DNA of 64,000 nt from a virus (IMGVR_UViG_3300020576_003530:32001-96000), one strand, 5' to 3'. Shown: positions 9,051-17,564, counted from the stretch's first letter. The notes: generated from the sequence alone by a model not told the origin. A program made the numbers and translations.

Positions 9051-9416
9051 ATGAAAATAGATGCTCTGCTGACTAGCTGTTATCAGGCATCATTAAGTAT
9101 GATGATGCCGTATAAAACTGGCGATAAGATTGATGTTGAAGATCATTACAAGATAGATACTAAAAGTAGAAAAATAAATTGGTCATATAAACATCGTGGC
9201 GAAGATGATTTCTTCTCTTTCTTAGGTTATGGAGTAGTAGTAGGGGATGAGCTTCTATCTTTCTCTCTCACTCTTACTCCTCAGTCCAATACCTATATTT
9301 TTACCGATTCCAACGTCGAACGTCAAATAATCAATCTTGTCTACCGTCATCCTTCTCTTGTTCGTTTTATTCCACTTCCCCTCTTCCATAGCCATGTTAA
9401 ATATCAAACTTCATAA
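9051..9416 (+). CDS. 'MKI' paralog family member (subfamily 2-like)
   Basis: Starts MKIDALL; contains LGYGVV...SN.YI; ends FIP...VKYQ. Confidence 0.6.
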   Translation: MKIDALLTSCYQASLSMMMPYKTGDKIDVEDHYKIDTKSRKINWSYKHRGEDDFFSFLGYGVVVGDELLSFSLTLTPQSNTYIFTDSNVERQIINLVYRHPSLVRFIPLPLFHSHVKYQTS

Positions 9417-9651
9417 CGGTAAAATTGTTCAAACAATGACGGGTAAAATGAAGGTAGAAGATCTGGTAACCATCTTACTAGCTCTTTCTACTGGAGAACT
9501 TTATGAGCAACTTATTCTGAAATTGGAAGAATCGGTGGGAGAGGACGTCTTTAATCAGATCAAGATGGACATCATCAAGCGAAATAAGATTGGTGAGCAG
9601 GTTCTCCTCCATCAGGCCGCAACCCCTCTGTCAAAAAAGAGTAGCGAATGA
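9395..9651 (+). CDS. hypothetical protein (start approximate)
   Basis: In-frame MLNIKLHNGK; ATGA overlap with the next gene. Confidence 0.5.
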
Positions 9652-10031
9652 ATATAGGTAAAATAGTTGATCAAATAAAAACAGTAAATGGTTTTCACTC
9701 ATTTCAGTTTGATGACAGGTTGAATCTATCAAAAAAAGAATTCGATAGTATTCTGTATGTAAAAATCGACAACGATGAGTTACAATATATTTCAACTCGC
9801 GGATATGGGACGGATTATTACGCATATGGATATGCTTACATTGTTGATAAGAAATACCTAAAAATGTCTGTAGAATATTTTGCTGAGGCAAACTACATTT
9901 TAGGTTATCATGGGTATTGGACTAGTAAAGAAGATTATGAGTACCATCTTGTTCGTGGTGGTGAAAACTATGAATATAATCTTCTGCCTATTGTGCCATC
10001 TTACAAAAAATTAACTTGGAAAGTAGGATAA
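9648..10031 (+). CDS. 'MKI' paralog family member (subfamily 2)
   Basis: Starts MNIGKIVDQI; YGYA...SVEYFAEANYILGY..YW aligns with 20786 and 21162. Confidence 0.7.
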   Translation: MNIGKIVDQIKTVNGFHSFQFDDRLNLSKKEFDSILYVKIDNDELQYISTRGYGTDYYAYGYAYIVDKKYLKMSVEYFAEANYILGYHGYWTSKEDYEYHLVRGGENYEYNLLPIVPSYKKLTWKVG

Positions 10032-10864
10032 TGACCACAGTAAATGTGTTAGATAAGGGGTTTGTTAGACTGGTAGATTCCATGCCTCTTACCAATGGGG
10101 ATGCGGCAGTTGTACAGGCCGCTAGAGTGTCTTACGGAGAAGGTACAAAAACCATCAATGATGATAGGGCTCTAATTCGCTATCTACTTCGCCATCAGCA
10201 TACCTCCCCGTTCGAAATGGTAGAGTTTAAATTTCACATTAAGTTACCGATATTTGTTGCTAGACAAATGATCAGGACCAGATGTGCTAGCACAAATGAA
10301 GAAAGTGCTCGTTATTCAGTCTGTAGGGACGAGTTCTATGTGCCCGAGCTAGATCGAATCCTCGGTCAAAGTAAGGACAACAAACAATGTTCGGGTGGAG
10401 AACTAGATTCCGATCTTAAGGCTCGTTTCCAGCGATGGATAGTAGATTCCTCCAATGCCCAATATTCAATCTATTCCTCGTTTGTCGAGGAAGGTGTAGC
10501 ACGCGAACTTGCCCGTATTGGCCTACCTCTCAACATTTATACCGAGTGGTATTGGAAAATCGACCTCCATAACTTGCTGAGATTTCTAAGTCAACGGACT
10601 CACTCTCATGCTCAGTATGAAATCCGCGTATATGCTGATGCAATGCTTGAATTGATTCGCCCGCTAGTGCCCCTCAGTCTTCAGGCCTGGGAAGATTATG
10701 TAAGAGGGGCGGTAAACTTGTCTGCTCAAGAAGTAGGAATTGTTAAGAAACTGTTAGAGAATCTTGACTCAGATAGTCTTCGTAACTTCATCTATGCCAA
10801 TTTCCCTGCCGACTTCCTTTCTAAGAGAGAGTTGTCCGACTTATGTCACAAATTAATAAACTGA
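10031..10864 (+). CDS. thyX: flavin-dependent thymidylate synthase
   Basis: AARVSY, H.SPFEM, PIFVARQ, R(T)R-x7-S (NEESARY), ARE.AR..LP and AQYEIR. Confidence 0.95.
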   Translation: MTTVNVLDKGFVRLVDSMPLTNGDAAVVQAARVSYGEGTKTINDDRALIRYLLRHQHTSPFEMVEFKFHIKLPIFVARQMIRTRCASTNEESARYSVCRDEFYVPELDRILGQSKDNKQCSGGELDSDLKARFQRWIVDSSNAQYSIYSSFVEEGVARELARIGLPLNIYTEWYWKIDLHNLLRFLSQRTHSHAQYEIRVYADAMLELIRPLVPLSLQAWEDYVRGAVNLSAQEVGIVKKLLENLDSDSLRNFIYANFPADFLSKRELSDLCHKLIN

Positions 10865-11424
10865 TCTTTCAGGACGAGCCCCTCATTAGGTATGAGAGAG
10901 TACTGTGCCCGGCCTGCAAACAGCCTGCCTGTCCTCAAACCAACTGTACCAATCCGACTCTGGCCAAAGGGTTCAAAATTGATTCAGCCTTCTTCTATAC
11001 GCCACAATGCAGGTTTCGAAAGTACTCATACTACAACTTCTTTACTAATTGTCCGGTAAGTCAGTTGTTAATTGAGCGACTGGAACTCATTCAAGGTTTG
11101 GCAAAGATCTCCGTTAATTCGGCCTACGAATTTCAGGTCTGGATTTCGCCCGAGTTTAACGAAGACGAAGTTCGTTCCTCTATCATTGCTGAGTACAAAA
11201 AGTTTGTCAAAGAATTAAAGATTGTCGAAGCAAGAGTGTTTCTTGCTAATCAACAGTGGAAAATTGGCATTCGTATGCCTAACAATAAGGAGTTTTATTA
11301 TGTAACCGACACTATGAAGAAGGATTCAGATTCGAGCATTTTCAAGCTTATTGCCGAATCTATAGAGGGTGCAAAATTTATTGAGACATCAATTGATTTA
11401 AACCCGCCCAAAAGCTATACTTAA
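10843..11424 (+). CDS. hypothetical protein with an N-terminal Cys cluster
   Basis: CPACKQPACPQTNC. Confidence 0.55.
   Translation: MSQINKLIFQDEPLIRYERVLCPACKQPACPQTNCTNPTLAKGFKIDSAFFYTPQCRFRKYSYYNFFTNCPVSQLLIERLELIQGLAKISVNSAYEFQVWISPEFNEDEVRSSIIAEYKKFVKELKIVEARVFLANQQWKIGIRMPNNKEFYYVTDTMKKDSDSSIFKLIAESIEGAKFIETSIDLNPPKSYT
11393..11421 (+). promoter_or_regulatory. sigma70-like promoter of the ubiquitin-like operon
   Basis: TTGATT-N17-TATACT about 105 nt upstream of the Ubl ATG. Confidence 0.7.
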
Positions 11425-11526
11425 ACGTGTCCAATGCCGGGCGTTCCGGTAACGTATAAGTTGTTGTGTTGATTGTGTTTTGTTTGATGTTAGAGTTTAG
11501 TTTTCACTTTTTAAAGGATTTTTCAC

Positions 11527-11763
11527 ATGGCTAAGATTATTTTCAATGGTTCGCCCGTCACCCTGAATTCCGTCGTTGGTTCCACCGTTGGTCAGTTCCG
11601 CGACTCTGCGGCTTTCGAGCAGGCCAAGGACCTCCTCGAGGTTCCTGACAACGTCAACCTCGAAATTCAGGACGGCACCACTTGGCGTACCGCTGACAAC
11701 GACGACCTGATTGAGACCGGTACCAATCTCCGTCTGACTCAGACTGTCGGTACCAAGGGCTAA
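11527..11763 (+). CDS. ubiquitin-like (beta-grasp) modifier protein
   Basis: 78 aa with a beta-grasp-like pattern (STVGQFR helix, D..I..G..L.L last strand) and an exposed C-terminal GTKG; first gene of an E2-JAB-E1 operon. Confidence 0.8.
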   Translation: MAKIIFNGSPVTLNSVVGSTVGQFRDSAAFEQAKDLLEVPDNVNLEIQDGTTWRTADNDDLIETGTNLRLTQTVGTKG

Positions 11764-11818
11764 ATCGGAGTAAGCCAGACTAAGCTAGTTAAGTTAGTCT
11801 AATTGAAGTTCATACTGC

Positions 11819-11849
11819 GGGTTAAGTACGATCTCTAGATCCTCTGCTT
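11819..11849 (+). terminator. terminator-like hairpin 1 after the Ubl gene (end approximate; the structure runs to about 11860)
   Basis: Stem GGGTTAAG...CTTAACCC with an inner GATC-TCTA-GATC, followed by CTTTT. Confidence 0.5.
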
Positions 11850-11867
11850 AACCCCTTTTCATTCTTC

Positions 11868-11903
11868 GAGTCGGGTAGGGTTCACTCCCTGCTCGGCTTT
11901 TTT
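11868..11903 (+). terminator. intrinsic terminator between Ubl and E2
   Basis: GAGTCGGGTAGGG-loop-CCCTGCTCGGCTT followed by a T-run. Confidence 0.75.
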
Positions 11904-11953
11904 AATTCAGACGTTCTGAGTTAAGTTTTCACTCATACACAAGGATTTCATAC

Positions 11954-12817
11954 ATGACTGGTACACGGGTTAAGAAAGTTAAGTTGGCGGATAGCGTGGG
12001 GACTACTGCAGTAATTGGTAAGGCTACCGAAGCTATTGTTGGCAGTGAATCTGTTGTTAAGGCTAAGAAAAAGCGTGCCCCGCTCAAGGACAAGCTCAAC
12101 ACTAACAACACTATTGCTATCCTCAAGCCTGATGGTGTGCTTGTGCTTCAGATTGAGGCCAACGGCGAAACTGCCGAAGCCAAAGCTGTCGGTATGTGTG
12201 AGTGTTCGGATCTGATCGACGCCCTTCGCTCGGAAGAATCAATTTCTACCCCGATCCTGCCTCGCCATACTCGCTGCTATTCGACCATTCATAAGGGAGG
12301 TTCTAAGAAAGACGTATACCTGTTGGAGATTCCTCCAACTCTTCGCGTCCTCCAACACTCCATTCATGGCGAACTCCGTCTCTGGTTCCCCTATCACTAT
12401 TTCATTGTGAAGGCTTCCAGCATTAATGGCGACACTATTGTTGGCGGCCAGGTGATGACTTTCTTTGGTAATCGTCCGCTCAAGAACATGAATGACTATC
12501 CTCAGTCAATCGCTCTGAACAACGTGGAAACTCGTGGCATCATTTGTTTTGGAGAGAATACTATTGATCGTAATCACGCCGGTAAGGACTCCTCAGAAGT
12601 CATTAACGATGTGGTTCAAACCTTCTTTAGCTCCACCTTTAACAATCACTATGATGAGTACCTTCTCAATCTGATGCCCGCAGAACTTGCTGGCAAGAAC
12701 GCTAAGGAATTTTATGCTAATTGGCAAAAGAAAGCGGAAGACCCAATTTCTGCCTGCTCATTTAGCTGGCGGACTTACAACATTAGCTTTGCAGACCTTA
12801 TGAAAGGAAATTCTTAA
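11954..12817 (+). CDS. prokaryotic E2 (Prok-E2_D / PRTRC protein B-like) conjugating enzyme
   Basis: TPILP, L.FP...F, LNNV...G.ICFG (putative catalytic Cys) and FFSSTFN; operon context. Confidence 0.8.
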   Translation: MTGTRVKKVKLADSVGTTAVIGKATEAIVGSESVVKAKKKRAPLKDKLNTNNTIAILKPDGVLVLQIEANGETAEAKAVGMCECSDLIDALRSEESISTPILPRHTRCYSTIHKGGSKKDVYLLEIPPTLRVLQHSIHGELRLWFPYHYFIVKASSINGDTIVGGQVMTFFGNRPLKNMNDYPQSIALNNVETRGIICFGENTIDRNHAGKDSSEVINDVVQTFFSSTFNNHYDEYLLNLMPAELAGKNAKEFYANWQKKAEDPISACSFSWRTYNISFADLMKGNS

Positions 12818-13044
12818 TGTCCAAGACTATTGACGTAGAATTACTGAAAGACCGAACAAAGAATACTAAGAAGACCAGCACGGGCAAACTAGACGATAAT
12901 TTCAGTCGTCTCGTTAGTGCTCTCAATAAGTGTTCGTTCTATGACTGTAAGGGTATTGAAGATACCGACGAGTTTGTGGAATTCATCAATCAGACTGACA
13001 AAGGTAAATCAGTCGTTTCTCTCGCTAAAGGAGTCCGTAGATGA
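12817..13044 (+). CDS. hypothetical protein inside the Ubl operon
   Basis: Translationally coupled on both sides (TAATG, ATGA/TAG overlaps). Confidence 0.6.
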   Translation: MSKTIDVELLKDRTKNTKKTSTGKLDDNFSRLVSALNKCSFYDCKGIEDTDEFVEFINQTDKGKSVVSLAKGVRR

Positions 13045-14444
13045 TTATTGATGTTGGAATTGCAAAGTTAGAAATTGTTGCTCCCGAGGGAGAAGTTACG
13101 CATGACTCTTCGATCAATTATCACAATTATCGTGGTACATGGTTGAAGAGACGGCAAATCGGACCTGCCACCTATTTGGTGCCAGTAAATGATCGTGAGG
13201 AAGGTAACATCAGCAAATGGATGGAACAATCTCTTGGTGAGGCAAAATATAAGCCCGCCATGATTTACTTCCTGAATTATGATCAGAAGGTCAAACTAGA
13301 TCCTGAGGATCTCCGTTACTTCATGCGTTATGCACAGGCCATTCATAACAAGCATAAGACCGAGTGTGCGGCTCTCCTGCTGTACAATCCTGACAATAAC
13401 GATTGGAAGTTCTTCTATCCATTGCAGGTTGATACAAGCGGAGGTGCCGTTACCTACATCTTCCCAACCTCAAACTTGGCAGATCCCAAGATTGCTAAGT
13501 ACTTTGAGAAGAACGAGGAAAATGTTAAACTGCACGAAAAAATCGTTGCAGACTACAATGAGTTGTTCGATGCTGGATACTCTGTGGCGGGCACCATTCA
13601 TAGCCATCACACTATGAGTGCGTATCACTCGGCAGTTGATGATGCCGACGAAATGAAGTTTGACGGACTCCACTTGGTTGTTGGTCACATCTTTAGCGGA
13701 TTTGACTTTGCTGCTCGGTGGATGCTTCAGCGGACTGAGTTTAAGCTCGATATTACCGATGTGGTCGATATCAGTAGGGAAGAATTAGTCAAAGACGTCG
13801 AGTCCATCGAAGTCTCTGACTGGGATATGGATCTACTGCGTCACTACACTAATCCGACGCCAAATCTGGCATTCTGGCACGGGAATAGCTGGGAAGGCTT
13901 TGAGGACCAGCGTGGTAATGCCTATGGTCATTATGGGAGTTACGGCAATCATGCAGGGTTTCTTCGCTCGGCTGAAGACTTGGTGTCAAGCCGTCGTGGG
14001 GGCGATTCTCTGTTTACCTGTTGCGATGCCTGTGGCAAACAAGTCAAGGAAGACGAAGGAAACAGACCCTTTGCCGGGTTCTGTGCAGAGTGTGGTAACC
14101 GATTTCTCTCCAACAACCCAAAAAGCATCTCGGCTATGTTCAACTACCGATATGCCAGCAAAAAACCGGGCAGCTACTTCCTCGAAGCGGACTATATTAG
14201 ACTATACGATCCCGATGTCAAAGAATTCGTCTGGATCAACCGCGAAGAATACGAAAAAGACAAATCTTTCTACTCCAAGTGCATCGTCAGAGAGCTTGAC
14301 GAAATCCGAATTGAGGAAGTTTCGGAAGCAATTGAAGAAATCCAAAAACAAGAAATGGGGCAAACGGTAGTAAAAAACGACAGTGAAGGTGAGGATATTT
14401 TTAATTTCCTCGATGAAGTGATGGATCCTAATAGGGAGTCTTAA
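13041..14444 (+). CDS. JAB/MPN+ metallopeptidase (deubiquitinase-like) with C-terminal Zn ribbon
   Basis: Catalytic Glu (KTECAA), JAMM motif HSHHTMSAYHSAVDDADE, and CDACG...CAECG. Confidence 0.85.
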   Translation: MIIDVGIAKLEIVAPEGEVTHDSSINYHNYRGTWLKRRQIGPATYLVPVNDREEGNISKWMEQSLGEAKYKPAMIYFLNYDQKVKLDPEDLRYFMRYAQAIHNKHKTECAALLLYNPDNNDWKFFYPLQVDTSGGAVTYIFPTSNLADPKIAKYFEKNEENVKLHEKIVADYNELFDAGYSVAGTIHSHHTMSAYHSAVDDADEMKFDGLHLVVGHIFSGFDFAARWMLQRTEFKLDITDVVDISREELVKDVESIEVSDWDMDLLRHYTNPTPNLAFWHGNSWEGFEDQRGNAYGHYGSYGNHAGFLRSAEDLVSSRRGGDSLFTCCDACGKQVKEDEGNRPFAGFCAECGNRFLSNNPKSISAMFNYRYASKKPGSYFLEADYIRLYDPDVKEFVWINREEYEKDKSFYSKCIVRELDEIRIEEVSEAIEEIQKQEMGQTVVKNDSEGEDIFNFLDEVMDPNRES

Positions 14445-15164
14445 ATGATTTTTGAAGTAAAGCGAATTCTTGTGGTGGGAGCTGGCGGTACTGGTAGTAT
14501 TTTGTTGCCTCAACTAGCCAGACTGTTGCTTCTGACCGAAAACATGCCCGAACTCCACATTGCTGACGGAGATTCTTACAGTGAGTCCAATATCACTAGA
14601 CAGAATTTTGCTCTGCAATATGTGGGTGAAAATAAGGCAAAGTATCAGGCCGAGTTGTTAGTCTTCCAAATGCCTAACATTGCGGATAAGATTTTCTATC
14701 ACGATCGATATTTGTCAAAGGCCGACATTGACGAACTCGTCATTGATGGCACCATCGTAATTAACTGCGTGGACAATCTTGCAGCCCGCAAGCACGTTGA
14801 AGACGCGGTGTGTAAGATGGATAATGGTGCCCATATCTGCTGTGGTAATGAACTCAAACACGGACAAGTTCAAATTAGCGGCCGCAAAAAGGGCGTTCAG
14901 TTTTCTCCCACTATTTTTGAGCGTAATCCCGAATGGAATTCGACCGACGATGATCGCTCCGAAATGACATGTGAGCAGATCGCCACACTGCCATCGGGCG
15001 GTCAGGTGATTTGTTCTAACATGACAGCAGCGTCGATTGCCCTTAATTTTGTGTATCAATTGATGTTTGCTCGTCGCAGTATCCCAAATTGCGATCAAGT
15101 CAATTTTACTATCATTGATAATGGGTATGAAAAGCTGGGGGCACAGGTGTTGGCAGCCGTGTAG
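14445..15164 (+). CDS. E1/ThiF-family Ubl-activating enzyme
   Basis: VVGAGGTG, DGD, N..RQNF, NKA, CVDN..AR, CGN, GQV and TCEQ (putative catalytic Cys). Confidence 0.9.
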   Translation: MIFEVKRILVVGAGGTGSILLPQLARLLLLTENMPELHIADGDSYSESNITRQNFALQYVGENKAKYQAELLVFQMPNIADKIFYHDRYLSKADIDELVIDGTIVINCVDNLAARKHVEDAVCKMDNGAHICCGNELKHGQVQISGRKKGVQFSPTIFERNPEWNSTDDDRSEMTCEQIATLPSGGQVICSNMTAASIALNFVYQLMFARRSIPNCDQVNFTIIDNGYEKLGAQVLAAV

Positions 15165-15190
15165 TATGATGCAGTATGATGCAGTATGAT
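15161..15190 (+). repeat. 3x 10-bp tandem repeat G(T/C)AGTATGAT
   Basis: gtagtatgat gcagtatgat gcagtatgat, starting at the E1 stop codon. Confidence 0.9.
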
Positions 15191-15226
15191 TAGATAGCGT
15201 TTCGTTTTACTTTTTAATTCTTTCCT

Positions 15227-15886
15227 ATGATCTCCAACCTAGAAATCTACAGTACAATTCCCTACTTACACCAGTCCGAGATCAACTATTGCAATCAGAT
15301 CTCCCTTGATTGTGGATTGCGGGCTATTAATTTTGGTCCGCAATTCTATTATGGTTATTTAGAAAATCAGGATAAGACTCAGTTTAATCTAAATCTTGAT
15401 AGAAACTATGGTGCTCATCTCTACGATGTGCGGGCACTCATACTGCAGTCTTACTGTCAAAAATTTGATCTAGTACGTACCATTAACTATGTACCAATTG
15501 CCAAAGATGTAATGGACAAAAATGTAGGAGCTCTTAGACAAGATAATGCCACCATTCTCAAAGTGTGTCACCGCTATGAAAAACATCCCCGCATTATTGT
15601 AGATATCAATAAGTTTGCCAATGAGCATGAGATCGAACAGTATGTGGGATTGCTGCTGTCGGATGGAATTTCTGATGTAATTCTCACAAACACCGACAGA
15701 TCGAGGCCGCTCAGCGACAATATAATGATACTGCAATTCCTTATGAGCAGTTTAAATCTTAAAATGTCCTATCTGGGCTGGCTGACCCCTGAGGACCTAT
15801 CAGATTACGCGATTTTTACCGATCCCCGCTTGACGTCTGTTCTGACCTTCCCCTACGGTGCCTATAAGATTTTAAACCTTTCGTAA
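15227..15886 (+). CDS. degenerate DeoC-like TIM-barrel protein
   Basis: Spacing resembles DeoC (INYV ~ IDMV, PRIIVD ~ LKVILE, GISDVILTNT ~ GADFVKTST); the Schiff-base Lys appears absent. Confidence 0.4.
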   Translation: MISNLEIYSTIPYLHQSEINYCNQISLDCGLRAINFGPQFYYGYLENQDKTQFNLNLDRNYGAHLYDVRALILQSYCQKFDLVRTINYVPIAKDVMDKNVGALRQDNATILKVCHRYEKHPRIIVDINKFANEHEIEQYVGLLLSDGISDVILTNTDRSRPLSDNIMILQFLMSSLNLKMSYLGWLTPEDLSDYAIFTDPRLTSVLTFPYGAYKILNLS

Positions 15887-15891
15887 GATTA

Positions 15892-15898
15892 GTGTATA
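15892..15898 (+). promoter_or_regulatory. putative phage late-promoter motif GTGTATA
   Basis: The same motif lies just upstream of the genes at 22864(+), 18370(+) and 59330(-). Confidence 0.45.
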
Positions 15899-15924
15899 GA
15901 AAGATATCAAAAGGTACATAAACT

Positions 15925-16443
15925 ATGGCACAACAATTCTCACTAATCAACTCGGCTGTCGCAACCAACGTTGCTGGCTCTACTATTTCTGGTCCTAATC
16001 TGGGTATTCAAAGCACTCAGTCGCAGATTACGTCTGTGGCTGAAAGTGCCAAGATTGCTCGGAGAGAGTTCATCAACCCGGCTTCGACTGGCAACGCGGC
16101 ATTCATTACGGGAACTACGCTGGGAGCGGTCGATAACTTCACCAAGATGATTGACTCGACTCCGGGCGATCAGATTGCAAGCTTGCCAGTTAATGCTAAG
16201 ACAACCGATAAATGGTTGCCAACCAACTTTAATAATGCTACTGAGGATGGCCCTATTAATTCCGTTATTCAAGGACTTGATGGACAATATTACAGCTACG
16301 ACTCTCTTGGTGTGCCCCTCAAGACTACGATGAAGACATCGTTTTCCCCACTATCAGCCAACTTTGGTGCCGATAACTCAGTTACCGGAACTCCTCAGAT
16401 CAACTTCAAGTTTGGCCGCTTGAACGCCACCGGCGTCCTGTAA
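15925..16443 (+). CDS. putative virion structural protein
   Basis: S/T/N/G-rich, low charge, GTGTATA motif upstream. Confidence 0.45.
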   Translation: MAQQFSLINSAVATNVAGSTISGPNLGIQSTQSQITSVAESAKIARREFINPASTGNAAFITGTTLGAVDNFTKMIDSTPGDQIASLPVNAKTTDKWLPTNFNNATEDGPINSVIQGLDGQYYSYDSLGVPLKTTMKTSFSPLSANFGADNSVTGTPQINFKFGRLNATGVL

Positions 16444-16486
16444 GTTAAGAAGTTAGAATGTTTTGACCTCTTCCTCGATTCTCCTA

Positions 16487-16822
16487 ATGCTTTCCACATC
16501 TACTCCCTCTACCATTCTCGCCGATCTAACCATCGGCGATTTCTTTATCTTTGAGCATGATTTGTCTGACTTTAACCATCGCCACGATGGCCACGTTCCT
16601 ATTTGTCAAATTATGGAACCAGTCCAACCTATCAATTCTCTCTCCGGGTATTCAATAGGTGTCGAGTATATCCTAACTGGAAATACCTACCTAGATAATC
16701 GTAGAAAACCGAAAGTAATTCGAGGACGAGGGGTAGCAATGTCCAGTGCCGTTGTACTAAAGGTGCCCTATGGCGTCACACTACAAGGTCAAACTGGTCA
16801 GTCGCCCTGGTCAACAAAATAA
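16487..16822 (+). CDS. hypothetical protein
   Basis: ORF with an LADLTIGDFF motif. Confidence 0.5.
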   Translation: MLSTSTPSTILADLTIGDFFIFEHDLSDFNHRHDGHVPICQIMEPVQPINSLSGYSIGVEYILTGNTYLDNRRKPKVIRGRGVAMSSAVVLKVPYGVTLQGQTGQSPWSTK

Positions 16823-17222
16823 ATACTGGTCAGTTGTACGTGAGATCGAATTAGAGACCTTTGCCACTGATCGTCCATACGATTTGTCTAAAGGTTATTG
16901 GTGGCTAATATATTATAAAAACACTCCCGTAGGATTTGCCGGTTTGGACGAGTGTCCAGATGGTACTTACTTTCTAAGTCGTGCAGGAGTACTATCTGCT
17001 CATCGTGGTAAGGGACTTCATAAGAGACTTATTACCATCCGATTGGCCTATGCCAAACGATTAGGGGCTCATGAAGTTTGGACTTATGTGTCAGAATCGA
17101 ATGTAGCGAGCAAAAATAATCTGTTGACCAAAGGTTTTAAACCTTATTATACTAGCGTAAGTCCAACATCTTATGGTAAAAAATGCACCACGTGGATTAG
17201 TTTAAGTAAGATAATTAAGTAA
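16770..17222 (+). CDS. GNAT acetyltransferase
   Basis: VGFAG, GV...HRGKGL acetyl-CoA motif, N.AS...L...GF. Confidence 0.85.
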   Translation: MASHYKVKLVSRPGQQNKYWSVVREIELETFATDRPYDLSKGYWWLIYYKNTPVGFAGLDECPDGTYFLSRAGVLSAHRGKGLHKRLITIRLAYAKRLGAHEVWTYVSESNVASKNNLLTKGFKPYYTSVSPTSYGKKCTTWISLSKIIK

Positions 17223-17263
17223 GAGTTAGAATGATTTGCGATTTTTAAAGGATTTGTTCCTCA

Positions 17264-17563
17264 ATGAGTATTGAAAATATTAAGTCTTCAATGGATAAGA
17301 TTGATAAGGTTGTAGATGAGCATGGGTTGGCAATGGCCAACACTATCTTAGTTCAAACGCTGGGATTGCTCAAGCAAAATAAGGTAAAAGCGACTGAGGA
17401 AAATATCTTGACTGTTTCCTCTCTCCTTCATACTTGTCGCCAGCAAGTTTATAATTCCTTCATGGAATTACTACAAGCAATGAATATGGAAAATACAACA
17501 GAAACTCAAGAAATAAATAACTCATCAAATATTGTTACTAATTTAGATCTGGAGGTCAACTAA
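17264..17563 (+). CDS. hypothetical protein
   Basis: Helical ORF with an AAGGA SD. Confidence 0.55.
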   Translation: MSIENIKSSMDKIDKVVDEHGLAMANTILVQTLGLLKQNKVKATEENILTVSSLLHTCRQQVYNSFMELLQAMNMENTTETQEINNSSNIVTNLDLEVN

Positions 17564-17564
17564 T

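Noticed and set aside
11764-11953. tRNA gene in the structured spacer
   Set aside because: No cloverleaf or T-loop/D-loop consensus could be fitted; the hairpins look terminator-like.
13330-14967. Alternative-frame and antisense ORFs in the track (here and throughout, e.g. 13900-14370, 60988-61617, 47416-47769)
   Set aside because: They are nested within well-supported genes, have no motifs, and are best explained as shadow ORFs.
11527-15164. Thiamine/molybdopterin sulfur-relay (ThiS-ThiF) interpretation
   Set aside because: An E2-like gene and a JAB are present, and no thiG, moaE or cysteine desulfurase is nearby.
15161-15190. CRISPR array
   Set aside because: The 10-bp units are directly adjacent with no spacers, and there is no cas operon. 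The Cas4-like gene at 32967 is a stand-alone phage nuclease.
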